A DNA stretch of 64,000 bases from Pocillopora damicornis (Eukaryota), in the NCBI RefSeq assembly GCF_003704095.1, contig NW_020843614.1:124001-188000 (forward strand). Direction: 5' to 3'. The notes beneath the pieces were generated by a model. It was not told where the DNA came from. It made no database searches and saw only the letters and a list, made by a program, of their open reading frames with translations. Position 1 is the stretch's first letter. Every line of letters begins with the position of its first letter. Below, in pieces: positions 56,838 to 64,000 of this stretch. Both the position numbers and the translations under genes were made by a program.

Positions 56838-59800
56838 TCATAATATCAAGTCCTGTTTCTCTCCTTTTGCCAGCATGAGGGCTTGGTTATGATGAGTAAT
56901 TGTAATCACACACGGGCCTTCTTCCCAGGGTTCCCCATCTACTTGAACCGGTAGAGACCTGGTGTCCTTCAGTGTAAGCTGTCAAGAAGAGATCAAAATG
57001 CACTGGCTGAGATCAAAGAATGTAAATTGGGATACAACTGATCATTTAGTTTATTGATTCCTACCCTTAAGTCACAATGTTTTCATTTGTTCCAAAAAGG
57101 AAAATCTTAAGGTGATAGCTATAGTGTTTATTGTAACTCCCTTGATCAGATAAGTAAATCTCCCCTCTTGCTGCAATTCTTTCTTTGCAAAAAAGTTAAG
57201 AAAATGCATTTATATATCATGACAAAATCCTCCATCTTAAGTCATAAATTCCCTTTTTTTGAAAGGAGAAGTCAAATTTTAACCAGTCCTTGGAGTAAAA
57301 GAATTACAATATAACCTTCCCAATTGTCAGATTGATATTCTACTTTACAGTCCCAACTGCCACATAATAATGTTGAAGTCACTGGCATCACGTTTTTGTT
57401 TTTTTTTCCATAAAATAATGCCTTATTTCTTGACTTTCCACTCTACCAGTAACATTCCAATAAATACCATCCCAGAGGAAGTGATAAAAAGGATTTTATT
57501 ATTTTTAATTAGCAGATTAATCCAAAATCAAATAAAACTATTGTTTTATATAAATAAATATCATTGTAACATCATCTAACCAGAGTTACTGTTCTCTCGA
57601 TTATATTCAGCAAACAAAAGAAGACTGGTGCACAGAAAACCTTTGGTCTCCAGTACTTACTTTTATTAATCGTGCTTGACCAAGACATAGTGGATCAGCC
57701 ATATTGACTTGTAACCTTGCAATGTGAAGAGCGGAATAAAGCCCTGCTACCTCCAGGATTCCATCATTAATGCTGCCAAAAGAACAAAATAGATCTTTCC
57801 TGTAAACAGAATTACCAGTTACCTGTATTTTGTTGCTTTCTTAAATTTATATTGTTCATGGATAAGGAATGGATCATGTTATATAGTTGGTAACAAGTCA
57901 CTACTAACAACAGGTCTCGTACAAAATGACTCCAGGCGTACTGCTTCTAACACATGTCATTGTCACTCATCTCCTCACACTAACTCAAACCAGTAAGCGT
58001 TTGAGTGCCATTTTCAGGGGGCAAAGTTCTTTTGCAGAGGAAAAATTTTGCTCTCATCTAACTTTCTTTCTTCTCTTATTTGAAAACATTCTAAAGTTTA
58101 ATGTTTAAGTTCCTTCTAATGACCTCTCCTTTTAAAGGTCACAGCTGTGACCCCAACTAGCAGTACTTTTGTTTTGAATTTTTTTTATTTTGTAAATCTC
58201 TCAGGACTTTTATTTTGAATTTCATGTTAAAAGAAATGGTGTTCAATTTTATTGAGCAGTTACAATAAACTGACCTTGGTGGTGAAGAGTGTTCCTCATC
58301 ACCATTAACCCACAATTCACAGCCTCCACACCAACTGTTAATGTTCAGAAAAACAATTCCCTCCAGCTCTGGCAGTTCCATTTTTCTTCCATCCATTTCC
58401 AGCTGAAAATAAGTAATATTCAAAAGTAAAAGGGCATGATACTAACTTTAAGTAAATGCAATCTGAGCTAGATTTGGTCTGAATACAAGACAATGGTCCC
58501 TTTCATACCTCAACAACTTCATGTAGGTTTTTGCAGTCTTGTTCAAGGACATCTCTGGCACCATACAATCCATACACTGCCTGAAGAGAAAGAAAAAAAA
58601 AGGAGATACCTGTATAATGCCAAGTAACCAAAACAATGTAGTAATGAGTTCAGTAAGGCTTAGTCTGTGCAATCAAACTTAGAGTAAAACAAAAGAAAAA
58701 AACTGGAAAAAAAATCAGTATTTACCTTATTAATAATGCGACTGGTAAACAAAGATGGCTGACTCTCACGATGAAGGTGGAAATTCAGAACTACTTTGGC
58801 ATCGCAGCCAATAGAAAAGTAATTATTCATCCAAAACACCTAATGAAAGAGTGGAAGGAAATAGCCAAGACTCACGATATTTCTCATTGTGCAATATGGA
58901 CTAAGTGTCTCAAACCACACATGATAAAAATGAATTTTCAAATAAAAATAAAACTTAGTTAACAAACAGTCTGACTTGAAAGGAATAAACAGTGAACCAT
59001 TCACAGAATAAATTCAGGAGATACAAATGAATGGCTTAGAATCTGGTATTACCTTCTTACGCCTCCTTACATCAAAGTACCGTCGGTTACTCTCAATAGT
59101 TATTTTCCATCTATAAACAGAAGGGTAGAATATTATAATACAAAAAAAAGACTAGTTGGTAAAAATCAATATTTACAGTTAAAATTCTTAATTAATGCTG
59201 CTCTCATCCATGCCTTGTATTCCATACCTGTCCAAAGGAGTGACATTAGCCGTCATTACAGATGTCAAAACTTCGTTAACATCTTCCTCACCAGTGTAAC
59301 CACTCCCCCATCCCAGAACTCGCGCCAGGTCATTCCCAGTACCTAGAGGAAGAATTCCAATGTATGGTGGCACCTAGTAACAAAGAAAATAGAGTATAAG
59401 TTTCTTGAAAAAAAATTGTACATGGCAAGTTTCTTTAGCTAACAATCTTAATTTTTTCATTGTTTTCTTTTTCAATTCAATATCATTTTTCTCCTGTGTT
59501 GCACTTGGTGTCCAGGCACATGATGTAGACAAAATTCTGTGTTAACACGGTTATTCATTTACATGTATTGAGTGATGAAAATTAAAGTTGCTTAGTAGAA
59601 GTTCACAGCATGAAGAGATTAGTGCATGAAGACTGCACCAAAAGAATACTGTATACATCAATTATTGATTCAACACAAAAAAAAATGTGGTACAATATAA
59701 GCTTGCATAATATATGTGGAAACCATTTTCAGAGTTGTAAATAAGATCTGGCCACTGGCCAACCTGTATGCAGCCAGTTACTTTGCAAGTTAATTTAATG

Positions 59801-61548
59801 ATCAAACTTAAGATACGGCAAAGAGGTTAATATAGATTGACTAAAATATTTCATACCTGTCACCCTGTAATTTTGAGAACATTTAACAAACAATACTTCA
59901 AACTGTAAAGATAAAACTGTGAAAACAAAGCTCTGTGCCTAGTTTTTTCCCTTAGAAGAGCTTTGACTACAACATGTATTGATTATTTTCAGCTATTGGT
60001 GCAACCATAACCTGACTGACCTTTAACTTGACTTTATCCAAAGCACCAAGAACCCATCCAACACTGCCATCCCCTCCACACACCAGTATACGAGTTCTGT
60101 GGTTTGGCAGAAGCTTACAAAATTCTAAGGCAGATTCAGGAGGAACCTCATGAAGGTCTACTACCTGAAAATATCATTAAACATTCAGCAGCTGCTTAAA
60201 TTTGCTGTTAATGATAAGGGACTTGTGATGGAAGAATGGATTGCAAGTTAGACTCCAGAGCAGGTTCAAACACTGACTAATATCTGTACTGAAAGGTTAG
60301 GAAAGAGTCTGCCATCCTCCAAAAGTCTTGATCAGCCATCACAGAAAGCACTCTGGTGATCATTAGTAGATACCAGAGAGAAAGGAGTTCTGTCAAAAGT
60401 GACTGCTTATGCATCATTATCATAAATGAATGCTAGCAAATTACTACCTGGCAATTAGCTATCTTCCTATCCATGGAGTAGTAGCAAAACTCATAGTGGC
60501 TTCATGTCGTAGAAAGTGAGCATTCTCCCTCTTAACTTATATAAGTGCATTGCCTTATTGGAAAATCACCAAATACAAGCTATGGCATGGCATAAACTAG
60601 GATTCTGTCAAGTTGACATGTAGCTCTAAATGTGCAGACATTTAGCTTGGTGCTAAAAAAAAATCTATGCCCACTGATATGATTTTTATTTCCTTTGTTT
60701 CAAATTATGAGAAATTAACAATTACTGGGAAAAAATAGAAAAATTCAATTGGAAACAAAAATTGAATCAAGAGAAAATTTTGAATCATTACATTTCTCTA
60801 TCAACTGTTTGGAGATCACTTCCAATTTTTGAATGCTACCACTCGCACTTACCTGTACTGGGTTTAAAAGATTTTTAAACGCCATTAATAATCTTTCACC
60901 TTCATTGTCCCCACTCTTACGATTAGCAAACACAAGCAGTGGACTCCAATTTTTGATGGGCGGTGTGCTGACTTCTCGAACCACAAATCTCTTTTTACTT
61001 CTCCAATTTTCCACAGTCAAACTAATGCAATGTGGAGGTAACATCATAGTCTTATACTTTCCAAAATCACACACATTTGACTTGCTTCGAAGGCAGTAAT
61101 CATGTGTTTTATCCTGACACCATACACATCTGAGATCGCATAATCTCGGTTCAGTACCACAATGAAAACCGCAGACACTGCAAGTGCTACATAGAGGTAG
61201 ATTCCCACGAACCCATTGATGGTTCATGTATTCTCTCTTCGAAAGAACGAGGACTTTGCAAGCAAATCTCTTGGTTGCTCCGTCGATGCATTCTTCGTGA
61301 ACTGAGATCCCACAATTTTCACAATAACCGCCTCTTACAAGAGGACGCTCGCAGAAGTTACAATACGTGGGCTTGTCAAGTATTTCTGTCATAAACCATC
61401 GATGGCCCTTCTGAGGGTCTCCCACTCGTAGTCCTCTCTTCCAAGTCAGACCTAACAATTTTGTTAGTACCCAAGAAAGTAAAATGAAAACTCCACAACA
61501 TGCAAGAACTTGGTATGCATCTCCTCGCCATTCTAAGATGTCTCCCAT
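56838..61548 (-). CDS. DGKE: Diacylglycerol kinase epsilon (536 aa)
   Basis: Exons 61548-60853, 60164-60021, 59373-59228, 59110-59053, 58839-58726, 58580-58509, 58402-58275, 57772-57661, 56978-56838. All GT-AG, 1611 nt open. N-terminal hydrophobic helix, two C1 domains, [31 protein letters not shown]; no other regulatory domains. Confidence 0.96.
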
Positions 61549-62526
61549 TGGTTTTAAACATATCCACGCAGAGCTTTAGGGGATCAATTTAACCGCACAA
61601 GAATCATGCAGACAACACCTGTTTCTTCAGCCATGTTGGTAATTACCCATACTACCCTGCGTGATACAAGAGGATGAGAACTGGGTATAGTGAATCCTAA
61701 CCTTGACCTAAGTTCGACTCTTGACCTTGAGGGAATGGGTGGCAAGCTTCAGGCTTGGAAATGAGTGTACAAAATGAGAGGAAAAGATAAAAGTAAAGGA
61801 AGAGAGAAAGAAATCGAATCGCGTATAGGAGATCGAGACTATCGCTGGCTGCTTCTCAGGTTGTGTCTACGTAGTCGAAGGTTTTCATAACTCTCGAGTG
61901 TTATGTAGGAGGCTGTGTAAATACGGGAAAAATCTTCATCGCTTTTAGTTTACATACTCTCATCTAAACACATTGAGCGACCAATGAGAACGCTTCCTTA
62001 AAAACTTTTCATATGCGCGTTTCAAGAGCATGGTCTGCGATGATCAACTGCATGTTATCAAGCACATTACTTCTTTTTCCTCTAAAATGGTTTAATTAAA
62101 CTTTAAAGATATCATTACAATGAGAGCACCTCGTAAAAGTCACTTGAACCGCCATGTTGTTATAAGCTGGTTACCATGAGGACACCGTTACTTTGCATAC
62201 GAAGATGTAAATGATCTGTTCTCTTCGTGAACTGAGATCCCATAGTTTTTTTGGAAAAGTTGACAAGACTTCTTGTTCGCTAATAGCGGATTTGGATGAA
62301 ACAGAAGTACTAAACAGCGAGTCAAACGCAACAATATGGCCTCACCTCTACCTCAAAAGCTTTTTCTTTTTTGTTTCTAACCGTTTACAAAAATTTTTTT
62401 GATAAACTTCCAAAACTCAGGAAGTAAAATTAGTTGAAGAGTATTGCGAATTGTTGTCTAATCGCTTTCAAGTTAATTAGTTTAAAACGTCCCTCTTTAA
62501 AAGAGACCGCTGATCATGTTTTGATC

Positions 62527-62892
62527 ATGGTAGGTGGCGGCGGCGGCGGCTTCTTTAGTGATGGACAAAATGCACCGAATCATCCCCACGAAACAGGGAA
62601 AGGAGGTAAAGGATATCTCCACGGGGGAATGGGTGGACAGAATCATGGTGGATTTGGAGGTGGTGGTGGTTTTCTTATCGACAAAAGAGGAGTAGGTGGC
62701 GGAGGAGGTTATTCTGGGGGGAATGGTGCAGCTAATGAAGAGTTTTCCTGTGGTGGAGGTGGGGGATCTTTTAACGATGGAACACATCAGCAAAATGAAT
62801 GTTGTCATAATAGCGATGGTCATGGAAGAGTGTTCATCACATTACTTCAGAGAAATGTACTTGGCAGCTCCTTCCTTAACGTATGGTGGTAA
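62527..62892 (+). pseudogene. C-terminal part of an ALK/LTK-like glycine-rich-domain protein; apparently 5'-truncated
   Basis: GGGGGFFSDG..GGFGGGGG..GGGGGYSGG..GGGGGSFN..NECCHN..GHGRVFIT; no upstream exon found before the divergent DGKE start. Confidence 0.6.
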
Positions 62893-63797
62893 TTCTGCTC
62901 TAAAGTGCTGATTGGCTAGTCGGAACTGAATAGTTAGGACTATTCCCCTCCACTGTGGTGAATAATTGTTAATCGTACTAGTCATGGTGACTTGTTACGA
63001 GGTACAGTTGGTTTAATTTACATCAATAAATTCTTTCTTAGCCGTCGAGATTTGTTTGTTAGTGTTAATAAAAAGGCACTGCAGCTAACAGTGGGTCCTG
63101 CGATGTATGTCAAAGGCTTTACTGATTTTTACTTGACTGATTTTTACTAGTCTGATCAAATGCCGCATAATCAGGGCTATCAGTGTTTCCAAACCGTCCA
63201 GATTCTCTCGAGATTACATTTAGAATCGCTGCATCCAAGAACCAAATATTATTTACGAGCTCAGACTGTCACTGACGTCATCGTCAGTCAAAATGAAAGT
63301 TTACATTTATCTTGAAAGTTCGACCACCTGCAATCATTAGAATTTAAGGCAAAGGAATAATGCAGTAAACACTCCTGATTGGTTCCCAAGAATCCCTGAC
63401 GGTCAGGGTCTCATGCTGGGGATGTACATGTCTAAGACTTCGAGTTTTCAGTAGTCTGTCTACAATTTACGGCGAAGTTTGTGACCAACTGAATTGCTAA
63501 TTGCGAAGTACTAAAGAGATGCTGAAAAACAGAGTTTTAAGGCTGACTTCTCAACATAGGCTTCCTTTATAACTCACCATTTCGCCTTGAACAGTTAATG
63601 AGCTAAAGCAATATTCCCTGAGGAGGAAAGCCCGCGTAATCTTTGACCAATCAAAGCTCTCCAGATAACTCGTCGCTGCTAATATTACAGATCTATAATT
63701 TTTACGCTACTGTAAGTAAATGTCGCGAGAACAACAGGCATTTTGCGCGATGCAGTATCCAGTGGCATATTTTGAAACAAATTTCAAAAATATAAGT

Positions 63798-63849
63798 GGA
63801 TCTTTTAACAATGAAACAAATCAGCAAAATGAATGTTTTATAATAGCGA
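63798..63849 (+). repeat. Short relic copy of the glycine-rich gene 3' end (62764-62816)
   Basis: ggatcttttaacaatgaaacaaatcagcaaaatgaatgtt vs ggatcttttaacgatggaacacatcagcaaaatgaatgtt. Confidence 0.7.
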
Positions 63850-64000
63850 CGTAGAATTTTAGTGGTGGTCATTCCAAAGTTTAATGCGTGAGATGAAGTC
63901 TTAGTACTGATGATTAAGTTTCTAGGATCAACTCAAGGATTTGTTGCTCTTCAATACATGGCGAAATCTCCACACATTGTGATAAGATAGCACACAATCA

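Overview
This is AT-rich eukaryotic (animal) genomic DNA from a gapped short-read scaffold, not prokaryotic DNA. The repeat families and gene style suggest a cnidarian, probably a scleractinian coral (inference). Spliced or intronless housekeeping genes could be reconstructed by hand with GT-AG introns and consistent phases: GFER/ALR (3 exons), a divergent PP1-like phosphatase (10 exons), ATG101 (1 coding exon) head-to-head with NDUFA3 (3 exons, 137 bp between start codons), and DGKE (9 exons). The left half (4.5-34 kb) is a rearranged class A GPCR neighbourhood. It holds four intronless paralogs with non-canonical DRY and CWxP motifs and mosaic relationships, plus a second gapped GPCR family. 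It also holds a ~4.5 kb inverted duplication that copied GPCR+GFER, leaving a GFER pseudogene, and several smaller inverted or direct duplicated blocks. Also seen: minimal hammerhead-ribozyme-like repeats, TTAA-flanked MITEs, tRNA-derived SINEs, a fossil ORF of unknown family and an ALK/LTK-like glycine-rich fragment. I found no clear new multi-gene system. The best leads are the PP1 paralog with a remodelled docking surface, the atypical mosaic GPCR cluster, the hammerhead repeats and the fossil ORF.
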